Assembly (NCBI GenBank): GCA_963666205.1
Contig: OY762654.1
Span: 2,528,001 to 2,592,000, forward strand
Reading direction: 5' to 3'
From: Synergistales bacterium
GTDB taxonomy: Bacteria > Synergistota > Synergistia > Synergistales > JAFGMB01
Length of the DNA: 64,000 nucleotides
In this document: one piece after another, positions 9,251 through 18,814 of the stretch
Numbering within the stretch: the first letter of the stretch is position 1
Layout of the letters: the number at the start of each line of letters is the position of its first letter
Notes under the pieces: model-generated
The model's input: only the letters and a program-made list of their open reading frames with translations
The model's database searches: none
What the model was told of the DNA's origin: nothing
Translations under genes and position numbers: made by a program

Positions 9251-10303
9251 GTGTGTCCCATTCGCTCTTTCTGTGAAATAACAACATTGGGGAAACTGGC
9301 TGCCAGAGTCGGAGGAAAGGTCCATGGCCCCGAAGATGAAATTGTATCAGGAATCAGTATACCCTCAGAGTCAGGGAAAGATGTTATCTGTGTAATCTGG
9401 TCCCAGAAGGAACTTGGTAAAGTAGCTGATGAATCTCTTATAGTTGCTCCTGAGGGGTTCTTTTCTCCATCCAGAAAAGGTATAGAAATAAAAGATCCAA
9501 GGGCTGCCCTGGCGGAGTTGCTGTCAATGGTAATACATAGTCCGGTTTCAGCTTTCGGAATACATCCCTCCGCGGTGGTTTCTGAAAGCGCAAAGGTGGA
9601 CCCTTCTGTTTTGATAGGTCCCAATTGTATTGTTGCCGAAAACGCTGTTATAGCTTCCGGTGCTGTCCTGGAAGGGAATGTATATATAGGCAGGGACGTC
9701 CATGTGGGAGCGGATTCTTTTATCGAGCCGGGAGCGGTTATATATCATGAAACTTTTATTGGGAAAAAGGCAGTAATTCATGCCAATAGTGTCATAGGTG
9801 TTGACGGGTTTGGTTTTATTCCATCATCTGATGGCGCGGAGCCGATAAAGATACCGCAGGTCGGAAGGGTCATCATAGGTGATAATGTAGAGATCGGTGC
9901 ATGTTGTACAGTGGACAGAGGAACTCTGGGTGACACTGTTATCCGTGATGGGGTTAAAACAGATGATCATGTTCATATTGGCCATAATACTGATATCGGC
10001 AGGGGTTGCCTCCTGGTTGCCCAGACAGGGATCGCTGGAAGTTCTGTTCTTGAAGACAGCGTGATTATGGCAGCTCGAAGTGGCACAGCGGATCACGTAA
10101 GGGTTGGGAAAGGAGCCCAGGTAGCCGCTATGGGAGGAGCCATAAAGGATGTTCCCCCTGGTGCCGTGGTTTCCGGTTTTCCTGCCCGTGATCACAGAAA
10201 GAACTATAGAACTCTGGCCATGATCCAGAAACTTCCAGAGCTTTTCCAGAAAGTGAAGACCCTGGAAAAGATCCTTTCCAGTCTGGATAAGGGAGATAAA
10301 TAA
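9251..10303 (+). CDS. lpxD: UDP-3-O-acyl-glucosamine N-acyltransferase
   Basis: Hexapeptide repeats, IGVDGFGF, KIPQVGRV, TVDRG and VHIGHN. Confidence 0.95.
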   Translation: MCPIRSFCEITTLGKLAARVGGKVHGPEDEIVSGISIPSESGKDVICVIWSQKELGKVADESLIVAPEGFFSPSRKGIEIKDPRAALAELLSMVIHSPVSAFGIHPSAVVSESAKVDPSVLIGPNCIVAENAVIASGAVLEGNVYIGRDVHVGADSFIEPGAVIYHETFIGKKAVIHANSVIGVDGFGFIPSSDGAEPIKIPQVGRVIIGDNVEIGACCTVDRGTLGDTVIRDGVKTDDHVHIGHNTDIGRGCLLVAQTGIAGSSVLEDSVIMAARSGTADHVRVGKGAQVAAMGGAIKDVPPGAVVSGFPARDHRKNYRTLAMIQKLPELFQKVKTLEKILSSLDKGDK

Positions 10304-10307
10304 TATA

Positions 10308-11147
10308 TTGAGATATCGAAAAACTTTAAAAGAAGCGGTCTCTTTCGAAGGAACAGGTCTTCATACAGGCGAAAGATCCCGGATAATCCTTAAGCCGAGC
10401 AGTGGAAATGGTTATTCATTCAATTTTATGAAATCCACGTTTTCCCTTGCAGATGCATCTTTCAGCGGTGATGGCCGGGGTACGGTACTGCATTTTCCAG
10501 GAGGAATAAGACTTGGAACAGTGGAGCACCTTCTTGCTGCTCTGAGGGGGTGCGGAGTCGATGATGTGGAGATCTGTGTTGAAAAGGGAATCGAGGTCCC
10601 TTCCCTTGATGGAAGCGCAAGATCTTATGCTGATCTCCTCAACAGGACTGGTTTTCTTGAAAAAAAAGAATACGTAAAGCCTTTAACCATTGCTTTTCCT
10701 GTGGGGGTGGATCTGGAAGAACAGGGAAGCTCTATCTTTGCCTTTCCTTCTTCATCTTTCAGGATAACCTATGTTATCGACTATGAAAACAGGATGATCG
10801 GAACCCAGATGAAAAGTCTGGAAGTTTCTCCAGAGACTTTCCTGAATGAGATCGCATCTGCACGGACCTTTGCCCTGGAGGAAGATATGGATAGTCTGAG
10901 ACAAATGGGTCTTGCCAGGGGAGGCGATCTTTCCAATGCTATCCTTGTGAAGGAAGAGGAAGTCCTGACAGAGGGAGGACTCAGGTTCAAAGATGAGTTT
11001 GTAAGACATAAAATCCTGGATCTTATCGGAGATCTTGCCATTCTTGATGGGCCACCATGTTTCCATGTAGTTTGTTTCAGGGGAGGACATTCACTGCACC
11101 TAAGGCTGGCCCGGAAACTTATCAGAAAAAAGGGAATAAACCTATAA
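10308..11147 (+). CDS. lpxC: UDP-3-O-acyl-GlcNAc deacetylase
   Basis: GTGLHTG, TVEHLLAAL, IASARTF and RHKILDLIGDL. Confidence 0.96.
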   Translation: MRYRKTLKEAVSFEGTGLHTGERSRIILKPSSGNGYSFNFMKSTFSLADASFSGDGRGTVLHFPGGIRLGTVEHLLAALRGCGVDDVEICVEKGIEVPSLDGSARSYADLLNRTGFLEKKEYVKPLTIAFPVGVDLEEQGSSIFAFPSSSFRITYVIDYENRMIGTQMKSLEVSPETFLNEIASARTFALEEDMDSLRQMGLARGGDLSNAILVKEEEVLTEGGLRFKDEFVRHKILDLIGDLAILDGPPCFHVVCFRGGHSLHLRLARKLIRKKGINL

Positions 11148-11162
11148 AAGGAGTGACCTTAG

Positions 11163-11606
11163 ATGATACTGGATATACACAAGATCCTTGATTCTTTACC
11201 TCATAGATATCCCCTGCTGCTTGTGGACAGGATAATCGATTTTGAGAATGGACGGATCAAAGGATTGAAGAATGTAACAATAAATGAACCCTTCTTCCAG
11301 GGACATTTCCCGGGAGAACCTGTAATGCCGGGAGTTCTTATCCTTGAAGCTATGGGACAGGTAGCTGCAATGATGATAGTTGCGGATCCCGAGCTTCAAG
11401 GTATGGTTACATATCTCACTGGTATAGAAAAGGCAAGATTCCGAAGACCTGTAAGACCTGGTGACCAGCTTATAACAACGGCAGAAATAACAAAACGCAG
11501 AGGCCGGGTCGGGAAAGTTCATGCTTTTTCAACTGTTGATGGAGATCTGGCAGCTGAAGGTGACTACAGTTTCCTTGTGGCCAGAAGCCTGAACCTGGAG
11601 GAGTAG
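11163..11606 (+). CDS. fabZ: 3-hydroxyacyl-ACP dehydratase
   Basis: LPHRYPLLLVDRI and FFQGHFPGEPVMPGVLILEAM. Confidence 0.97.
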   Translation: MILDIHKILDSLPHRYPLLLVDRIIDFENGRIKGLKNVTINEPFFQGHFPGEPVMPGVLILEAMGQVAAMMIVADPELQGMVTYLTGIEKARFRRPVRPGDQLITTAEITKRRGRVGKVHAFSTVDGDLAAEGDYSFLVARSLNLEE

Positions 11607-11611
11607 AAGAT

Positions 11612-12424
11612 ATGACAGTGGAAATTCATCCGACCGCTTTAGTATCGTCCAAAGCAGAGATTGAAGATGGGGTGAGGATAGGACCTTACTGTGTTGTCTC
11701 GGATAAAGTAAGAATAGGAGCCGGCACAGAACTGAAAGCCTTTGTTTCTGTCCATGACTATGTCGAAATGGGACATGGCTGTAATGTCTATGAAAATACT
11801 GTTCTTGGAGGGGATCCTCAGGATAGGGATTTCAAGGGAGAAGAAACATGGGTCCTTATCGGAAACAATAATATTATAAGAGAAAATGTAACCATAAACC
11901 GTTCTACAGGAGAGGGTTCCTGTACCTCTGTAGGGAATGACTGTTTTCTCATGGAAGGAGTTCATCTCGCCCACAATGTCAAAATAGGCAATAACGTAAC
12001 CATTGCCAACAAAGCTGGTTTTGCGGGACATTCATCAGTTGGAGATAATGCTGTTATAGGCGGGATAGCCGGGGTTCATCAGTTTGTCAGGATAGGAAGG
12101 CTCTGCATGGTTGGCGGCCTCTCCAAAATAGTGAAGGATATACCTCCTTTTATGCTTGTAGATGGACACCCTGGCAGGATCTTCGGAATCAACAGGGTTG
12201 GCCTCAAAAGAGCCGGTTATGATGCTTCCCATCGATCGGCTGTCAAATCTTTATATAAATCACTCTACCATTCGGGACTTCCATTCAGAAAGGCTATTTC
12301 CGAAATAGAGGAAACAATGTCAGGTAATCCCTTTACGGATGAAATCCTTGATTTTCTCAGGGGTTCAAAAAGAGGCGTGGAATTCTGGCCCAAAGTTATT
12401 ATTAACTCATCAGGTAATGATTAA
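11612..12424 (+). CDS. lpxA: Acyl-ACP--UDP-GlcNAc O-acyltransferase
   Basis: IHPTA, GGDPQD, IRENVTINR, VHQFVRIG and GINRVGLKR. Confidence 0.96.
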   Translation: MTVEIHPTALVSSKAEIEDGVRIGPYCVVSDKVRIGAGTELKAFVSVHDYVEMGHGCNVYENTVLGGDPQDRDFKGEETWVLIGNNNIIRENVTINRSTGEGSCTSVGNDCFLMEGVHLAHNVKIGNNVTIANKAGFAGHSSVGDNAVIGGIAGVHQFVRIGRLCMVGGLSKIVKDIPPFMLVDGHPGRIFGINRVGLKRAGYDASHRSAVKSLYKSLYHSGLPFRKAISEIEETMSGNPFTDEILDFLRGSKRGVEFWPKVIINSSGND

Positions 12425-12914
12425 ACTCCTTGTACTCGACGTAGATGGCACCCTCACTGACGGTGGAGTCTACATCGACGGTAGTGGCATCGAATTTAAA
12501 AGGTTCGACATTCAGGATGGAATGGGTATTGTCCTTCTGCAGAAGAGTTCTGTCCATGTAGCTATAATAAGCGGCCGTTACTCAAAGGCTACGCAACTGA
12601 GAGCAAAAGAACTTGGTATTTCTTTGCTCTATAACGGTGTTCTGAATAAACTGAGAGTTCTTCAAGATCTTGCGGAGGAATTGGATGTTTCAAGAGAGGA
12701 AATAGCCTTCGCAGGTGATGACGTAAATGATATAGACTGCATGGAATGGGCAGGTCTGGGCTTTGCTGTGGCAAATGCCAGGCCTGCTGTAAAAAAGACA
12801 GCGGACCATGTTACTTCCTCTCAGGGTGGTCATGGTGCTGTTCGTGAGATCTGCGAAAAAATACTTTATATGAACAGCCTAGCCTTTCAGGAGAATATCA
12901 ATGAGAATGTCTAA
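12417..12914 (+). CDS. kdsC: KDO-8-phosphate phosphatase (HAD)
   Basis: LDVDGTLTDG, FDIQDG, GDDVND and GGHGAVRE. Confidence 0.92.
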   Translation: MIKLLVLDVDGTLTDGGVYIDGSGIEFKRFDIQDGMGIVLLQKSSVHVAIISGRYSKATQLRAKELGISLLYNGVLNKLRVLQDLAEELDVSREEIAFAGDDVNDIDCMEWAGLGFAVANARPAVKKTADHVTSSQGGHGAVREICEKILYMNSLAFQENINENV

Positions 12915-14004
12915 AAGTATGATTCTGGACAGATACATAATAAAAGAACTTTCTGGATCATTCTTTTTTGGTGTTATGTCATTCACTGTTATCATGGTCG
13001 CTGGTGACCTGCTTTTTGATATCGCAGACCTGATAATCGAAAAGGGTGTATCATTCTGGGTCGTAGCCAGGCTTTTCACTTATAAACTGCCTTCAGTGAT
13101 AACGCTTACCCTGCCGATGGCATGTCTCCTTTCAACCTTGCTTAGTTTTGGGAGACTCTCGGCCAATAGTGAACTCATAGCCCTTAAAGCATCAGGAGTC
13201 GCCTTTCAGAGGATAATAAGACCTGTCATCATTTCCGCTTTTTTCATTGGCGCAGTTGCCCTTATATTCAATGAGACCGTCGTTCCAATGGCAAACAGGG
13301 CGGCCGATAACATTATGCGCTATGAAGTCGCAAAAGAAAGGCCATCCCTACTTAAGGAAAGGATCTTTCTACGCGAAGAAAGTGGAGGCCGCCTTAACCG
13401 TGTTATTTACATCAACATGCTTAAACCTCGCCTTGGAATAATGAGTGAGATCCTTATTCAGGAATTTGAAAAGGGACATTTGAGAAAGATAACCACTGCG
13501 GAAAAGGGCATTTGGAAAAATGGAGAATGGACTTTGGAGCAGGGAGAAGTGTTCGATGTCACATCTGATGGTAAGGTTAATATTCTCTACAAGTTCAAAA
13601 ATCAGAAGATATCACTGGAGCTTAATCCAGGTCAGGTGGCCAGCGCATCCCGTGATCCGGAAGATATGGGTCTCTTTGAGCTTTCTGCCCATATAAATCT
13701 TCTCAAGTCCCAGGGAGCGAATCTCCTGCCTTTAAAAGTGATGTATCATCTGAGATTAGCAATTCCATGGGCTACACTTGTTCTGGCCCTTGTCGGGGCG
13801 GCACTGGGTGTAAGGCCGCAACGGACAGGACCTGGTGTCGGTTTTGGGTTGAGCATCATTATTGTTTTTGCTTACTATGTTGTTATGTCCATCTGCCGGG
13901 CACTTGGTCAGGCAGGTGGCCTTCCTCCATTTCTGGCTGCCTGGCTTCCCAATATTATCTTTTTGTTTTTTGGGACTTTTCTTGCCCGAAGGGTAAATTA
14001 TTAA
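12907..14004 (+). CDS. LPS export permease LptF/LptG family
   Basis: ILDRYI, LSANSELIALKASG and AAWLPN; three TMs, periplasmic domain, three TMs (start 12901 also possible). Confidence 0.92.
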   Translation: MSKSMILDRYIIKELSGSFFFGVMSFTVIMVAGDLLFDIADLIIEKGVSFWVVARLFTYKLPSVITLTLPMACLLSTLLSFGRLSANSELIALKASGVAFQRIIRPVIISAFFIGAVALIFNETVVPMANRAADNIMRYEVAKERPSLLKERIFLREESGGRLNRVIYINMLKPRLGIMSEILIQEFEKGHLRKITTAEKGIWKNGEWTLEQGEVFDVTSDGKVNILYKFKNQKISLELNPGQVASASRDPEDMGLFELSAHINLLKSQGANLLPLKVMYHLRLAIPWATLVLALVGAALGVRPQRTGPGVGFGLSIIIVFAYYVVMSICRALGQAGGLPPFLAAWLPNIIFLFFGTFLARRVNY

Positions 14005-14032
14005 AATATTATTATTTAAAAGGTAGGAAAAA

Positions 14033-14830
14033 ATGAAAGAAAAGATCGCTTTGATTGCCGGTGAGGGAAGCCTGCCCCTGGAAATATGCAGGAGTCTGAC
14101 ATCCAGGTCCTTTAATTGTGTCGTTTATTCCCTGAGAGCAGATAATTCGGAGTTCAAAACAATGGACATCGAAATACGTTCTTTGCAGAGTCTGGATTTT
14201 GCGGGAATTATAGGCGATATCAAGCACAGCGGTATTGTTTCTGTAATTCTTGCGGGGATGGTTCCCAAAAGCCTGATCTACAAACCTGAGGTACTGGATG
14301 ATCTTGGCAGGGAAATGCTCTCTAGACTTAAGATCAAAGATGACCACAGCTTATTGGGAATGATAATTGCTACCTTTGAGGATCTGGGCCTCCATGTTAT
14401 TCCATACAGGGATCTTATTCCGGACCTTTTGGCTAATCCAGGCAATATCGGTGGAAGAGTACCCACCCCTGCGGAGCAAGAAGATATCCATTATGGAGTC
14501 GAAATAATGAAGAAACTGCTTCCTCTTTCCTTTGGTCAGACCGTTGTTATTTCTGATGGATCGGTGGTTGCAGTCGAGGCCATGGAAGGGACAGATGAAA
14601 CCTTGAAAAGGGCAGAAACTCTTAGTCGGGGTGGGGTTGTGGTCAAGATGATGAAGCCTGGACAGGACGAAAGGTTTGATCTTCCAACGGTTGGGATAAC
14701 AACTCTTGAAAATATGAAAAGATCAGGGTTGACCTGTCTTGCTGTTGAGGCGGATAAAACAATCATCCTTGATAAGGAAAGCTTCTGTGAGCTTGCCTCG
14801 ATGTTCGATATTGCAGTAGTAGGTATTTAG
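14033..14830 (+). CDS. lpxI: UDP-2,3-diacylglucosamine pyrophosphatase LpxI
   Basis: LIAGEGSLP, GQTVV, AVEAMEGTD and QDERFDLPTVG. Confidence 0.93.
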   Translation: MKEKIALIAGEGSLPLEICRSLTSRSFNCVVYSLRADNSEFKTMDIEIRSLQSLDFAGIIGDIKHSGIVSVILAGMVPKSLIYKPEVLDDLGREMLSRLKIKDDHSLLGMIIATFEDLGLHVIPYRDLIPDLLANPGNIGGRVPTPAEQEDIHYGVEIMKKLLPLSFGQTVVISDGSVVAVEAMEGTDETLKRAETLSRGGVVVKMMKPGQDERFDLPTVGITTLENMKRSGLTCLAVEADKTIILDKESFCELASMFDIAVVGI

Positions 14831-14832
14831 AA

Positions 14833-15951
14833 TTGTCTATATTTTTGAGCTGTGGAGAAGTTTCAGGTGATAATTACCTCGCCCTTCTTATCAAGTCTCT
14901 TAAAGAAAATGGTTTCAATGGGACCTTATGGGGAATGCTTGGTCCACAGTCAGAAAGAGCAGGCGGTGTAAGTGTCTGGAGCTATCATGAACTTCACCTT
15001 ATGGGGATCCTGGAAGTTCTACCGTCAATTCCACGATTGATCAGATTGAAAAATGTCATGGTCAGGAAAATTCTTTCAGATTTGCCAGAGACAGTAGTTG
15101 TGGTTGATAGTCCCGATTTTCACCTTCCCCTGGTTAAATCTCTGCGTCGGGCAGGTTTTTCGGGTGCTATTGTGTATCTTGTTCCACCCACTGTTTGGGC
15201 CTGGAGGGAAGGCCGATGTTCGATTCTGGCTGAGCACTGTGATCTCTGCCTCCCCCTTCTTTCCTTTGAGAACGACTTTCTTCTCGACAAAGGAGTTAAA
15301 AGTAAATGGAAAGGCCATCCCATGCTTGAAAGCCTTAAGGACTTTACTCCTCCCACAGGAATAGTAAAAGAGGAAGAGAGAGCTGCCACAATAACTCTTC
15401 TCCCGGGGAGCAGGCCTGGCGAAATCAAAAAGCATCTCCCGGTTCTATTGGAATGTGCTTCCAGGATCAGAGACCTCTCGCTGAAACCTGTTTTTTCAAT
15501 ATCTTCAACTTTACCCGAGGATCTTAAAAGAGATATGAAGAAAAAAATCAGTCCATGGGATTTCTATGAGGGATCAGGCAGGGATATTATGTCTCTTTCC
15601 AGGGCTGTTATCGGAGTCAGCGGAACCGTGTCTGTCGAATCAATGCTCCTCGACAGATTCATGATCGTGATTTACAGAGGAGCCTCTTTTTCATGGTTTA
15701 TTTATAAACTCCTTATCTCTGCTCCCTATATTTCGATTCCGAATATAATGGCTGATGAAATGATCTTTCCGGAATACCTTCAACAGGATGTTAATGTGGA
15801 TAATATTATCGAAAGCCTGAAGAAGTATGTTTTTGATGAAAGTTATCGTGTCCGGGTTCATGAAATACTCGGTGATCTCAAGGATAGAATGGGCGCAGAA
15901 GGGGCTTCTGATTTCTGGGCCCGCTCCATACTTGAGATATCAGGACAATGA
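14833..15951 (+). CDS. lpxB: Lipid-A-disaccharide synthase
   Basis: GEVSGD, VDSPDFH, PTVWAWR, GHP, LLPGSR, SGT and IPNI..FPEYLQ. Confidence 0.93.
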   Translation: MSIFLSCGEVSGDNYLALLIKSLKENGFNGTLWGMLGPQSERAGGVSVWSYHELHLMGILEVLPSIPRLIRLKNVMVRKILSDLPETVVVVDSPDFHLPLVKSLRRAGFSGAIVYLVPPTVWAWREGRCSILAEHCDLCLPLLSFENDFLLDKGVKSKWKGHPMLESLKDFTPPTGIVKEEERAATITLLPGSRPGEIKKHLPVLLECASRIRDLSLKPVFSISSTLPEDLKRDMKKKISPWDFYEGSGRDIMSLSRAVIGVSGTVSVESMLLDRFMIVIYRGASFSWFIYKLLISAPYISIPNIMADEMIFPEYLQQDVNVDNIIESLKKYVFDESYRVRVHEILGDLKDRMGAEGASDFWARSILEISGQ

Positions 15952-17054
15952 AAAAAGTTATCATCCTGTCAAATGGTCCGGGTGAAGTGTGGGGCTGGGC
16001 TCGACCTCTCGCTGCTGAATTGAAGAGAAGAGGGTACTATGTGATCCTGTGGCTTTTACCCTGTCAGTTTTCCAGTGGTAATGAAAAAGCGCTTTGCAGA
16101 TTTATTGAATCGGATGAGATCCATGGACCTTGCGGAACTATTAAAACCCTTCACGATTTCAGGAGAGCAAAAGGCGATCTCGTTATCCAGCTGGGTGGAG
16201 ATCTGCTTTTTGGAAGGGGCCTGGCCGGTTTTTTAAATAAACCTTTAATATGTTATGCTTATGGACCTAAAAAAGGGATGGATAAATGTAAAGTACTTCT
16301 TTCCGCTTTTGAATGGATGGCAGAGAGTATCAACCGAAAAACAGGATCTCCAGTTGAACTTGTTGGAGATCTTACTCTGGATGCCCTGAAAATGGATTCG
16401 GGAGAGAACCCCTGGGAGACTGGAAAAGGAACCAGGATTGCCCTTTTTCCAGGAAGCAGACCCAAAATCAGAGAAAAAGCCAGATTCTTTCTCGCAGAAA
16501 TGGTAGTGGAACTTCGGAGAGAATTGCCGGATCTCCAGGTAATAACTCCATTTCTCCCCGATGTAACTGAAGATGAAAAAAAGCAATGGGAAGATATGGG
16601 TCTTGCTCCTACAATTTCAGGATCAAGGGCTGTCCTTGAAAGTGCCCATATGGCTGTAACTCAACCAGGAACGAACAATTTTGAAATAATGCATATGGGA
16701 ACGCCTGCAATTGTTGCTTTGCCCTTTGATTTTCTGGAACTTGTTCCCCTCTCGGGAATAAAGGGTATGGTTGTATCTTTACCCGGGGTAGGTCCCTGGG
16801 TAAAGAGGAAATGGCTTCGAAGGATGGACAGGTACACAGGCTATCTTAGCTGGCCAAACCGGATGGCGGGTAAAGAGATCATGACAGAAATACGGGGAGA
16901 CCTATCCCCTTATGATCTGAGTCACAGTATCCTTTCCCTGCTTTCTGAAAGGCAGAAACTGCAAAAGCAGAGGCAGGAACTGTTGTCTATGAGCCGCAGG
17001 TCCCCCTTAAAAGCCTCTCATAATATATGTGAAGTAGTTGAAAGGTTGGTTTAA
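15948..17054 (+). CDS. LpxB-like GT-B fold protein of unknown function
   Basis: SNGPGE, LGGD, VGDL, LFPGSR, QPGTN and WPN resemble LpxB landmarks, but the DxPDF and WAWR motifs are absent. Confidence 0.75.
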   Translation: MKKVIILSNGPGEVWGWARPLAAELKRRGYYVILWLLPCQFSSGNEKALCRFIESDEIHGPCGTIKTLHDFRRAKGDLVIQLGGDLLFGRGLAGFLNKPLICYAYGPKKGMDKCKVLLSAFEWMAESINRKTGSPVELVGDLTLDALKMDSGENPWETGKGTRIALFPGSRPKIREKARFFLAEMVVELRRELPDLQVITPFLPDVTEDEKKQWEDMGLAPTISGSRAVLESAHMAVTQPGTNNFEIMHMGTPAIVALPFDFLELVPLSGIKGMVVSLPGVGPWVKRKWLRRMDRYTGYLSWPNRMAGKEIMTEIRGDLSPYDLSHSILSLLSERQKLQKQRQELLSMSRRSPLKASHNICEVVERLV

Positions 17055-17059
17055 CTGTA

Positions 17060-18814
17060 ATGGCTTCTCGAAAAAGTGTCTATCTAAGACTTTTAAAATA
17101 TGTAAGACCCTATATGAATCGTGTTTTTTCGGCGCTTGGGTGTATGATACTTGCCTCAGTGTTTACTGTTGTTCCTCCCTGGCTTCTGAAAAATGTTGTT
17201 GATGATGTGCTTATAGAAAAAAACATGGTAATTCTGAATGTTCTGGCTATTGGGCTTGTTTTCCTTTTTGTTGGGAAGGCAGTTGCGAGTTATGGTCACC
17301 AGTACCTTATGAATTGGGTAGGACAGCACGTGGTGATGGATCTCAGGTTAAGTCTTTATCAGCATATGCAGAAATTATCAATGAGATATATTTATGGCAA
17401 ACGGGTCGGAGAGCTCATGTCGAGGATAACCAATGACGTAATGATACTCCAGACCATGGTAACAACGGTTGTGGTTGACCTTGTTGTTCAGGGAGTTACC
17501 TTTCTTGGAATGTTGACTTTCATGATCTATATCAACTGGAAACTGACTTTATTGACCTTCTGTGTTCTTCCCCTTGCTGCAATGCTTCTAAACAGGGCCT
17601 CCAGTAAACTGCGTGTTGTGGGCCATGATATCCAGGAGCAGTTGGCAATGCTTTCTGCCACCGCCCAGGAGGCACTTTCCGCAATAAGAATAGTCCTTTC
17701 CTTTGCAACTGAAGAGGAGGAGGCCCTCAGATTTAAAAAACAGAATTTACTTAATTTCCGTGCTCTGATGAAAAGAACACAGTTGCAGGCTGCTCTTTCC
17801 GGGATAATAGAGGTTGTCCTTATCGGATCCCTTGCCCTGATCCTCTGGGTCGGAGGTCGTGAGGTAGTCCGGGGGAAATCAACTCCGGGGGAACTTATCG
17901 CCTTTCTGAGTTACCTTGGTTTCCTGGTTCAGCCTATAAGGGTTTATACAAGAGTGATAAGTAATATGCAGCATGGGCTTGCGGCCTGTGACCGGATATT
18001 CAGCCTTCTTGATACTCCCGTCGAAGTCCTCCCACCTGTAGATCCGATCTATCTTTCTTCTATGAAGGGCAGCATCTCTTTTGAGAATGTGTGGTTCTGT
18101 TATGAACCTGGTCAATGGATTCTTAAGGGGGTAACGCTTGAAGCTCTTCCTGGAGAAAATATTGCAATTGTGGGGCCAACAGGAGTAGGTAAATCAACTC
18201 TTATGGATTTCATTCCCAGGTTTTATGATCCACAGAAGGGTAAGATCAAAATTGATGGACATGACGTTCGTTCTCTGGATCTGAAAACACTCCGAAAACA
18301 GATCGGCATAGTACCCCAGGATCCTGTCCTGATGAAGGGATCTATAGCCTTTAATATTTCTTATGGCCTTGATGGAATAGACATGGTAGCTGTTCAGAAT
18401 GCAGCTGAAATAGCAGGAATAGATGATTTTATAGGTAGTCTCCCTCAAGGTTACGACACAGAGATCGGAGAGAGGGGAGTTACATTGAGTGGGGGACAGC
18501 GTCAGAGGATAGCCATAGCAAGGGCAATAATTCGTGACCCACGGATACTTATCATGGATGAGGCAACTTCTTCACTGGATATGGCTGTTGAGAGGAAGAT
18601 CCAGGAGGCCATGCGAAAAGCAACAGAAGGAAGGACATCTTTTATAATCGCCCATCGGCTGTCTACGATCAAGGATGCAGATAGAATAATAGTAATAGAT
18701 GAAGGCAAAGTTGTCGAAGAAGGAAGCCATGATGAATTGATAAAGACCGACGGATTATATAACCATCTATACAGACTTCAGTTTGGCGAAAATGATGAAA
18801 AATCTTGTTCGTGA
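17060..18814 (+). CDS. msbA: Lipid A export ABC transporter
   Basis: TM domain plus NBD (GPTGVGKST, LSGGQRQR, MDEATSSLD, IAHRLST); located between lpxB and lpxK. Confidence 0.9.
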   Translation: MASRKSVYLRLLKYVRPYMNRVFSALGCMILASVFTVVPPWLLKNVVDDVLIEKNMVILNVLAIGLVFLFVGKAVASYGHQYLMNWVGQHVVMDLRLSLYQHMQKLSMRYIYGKRVGELMSRITNDVMILQTMVTTVVVDLVVQGVTFLGMLTFMIYINWKLTLLTFCVLPLAAMLLNRASSKLRVVGHDIQEQLAMLSATAQEALSAIRIVLSFATEEEEALRFKKQNLLNFRALMKRTQLQAALSGIIEVVLIGSLALILWVGGREVVRGKSTPGELIAFLSYLGFLVQPIRVYTRVISNMQHGLAACDRIFSLLDTPVEVLPPVDPIYLSSMKGSISFENVWFCYEPGQWILKGVTLEALPGENIAIVGPTGVGKSTLMDFIPRFYDPQKGKIKIDGHDVRSLDLKTLRKQIGIVPQDPVLMKGSIAFNISYGLDGIDMVAVQNAAEIAGIDDFIGSLPQGYDTEIGERGVTLSGGQRQRIAIARAIIRDPRILIMDEATSSLDMAVERKIQEAMRKATEGRTSFIIAHRLSTIKDADRIIVIDEGKVVEEGSHDELIKTDGLYNHLYRLQFGENDEKSCS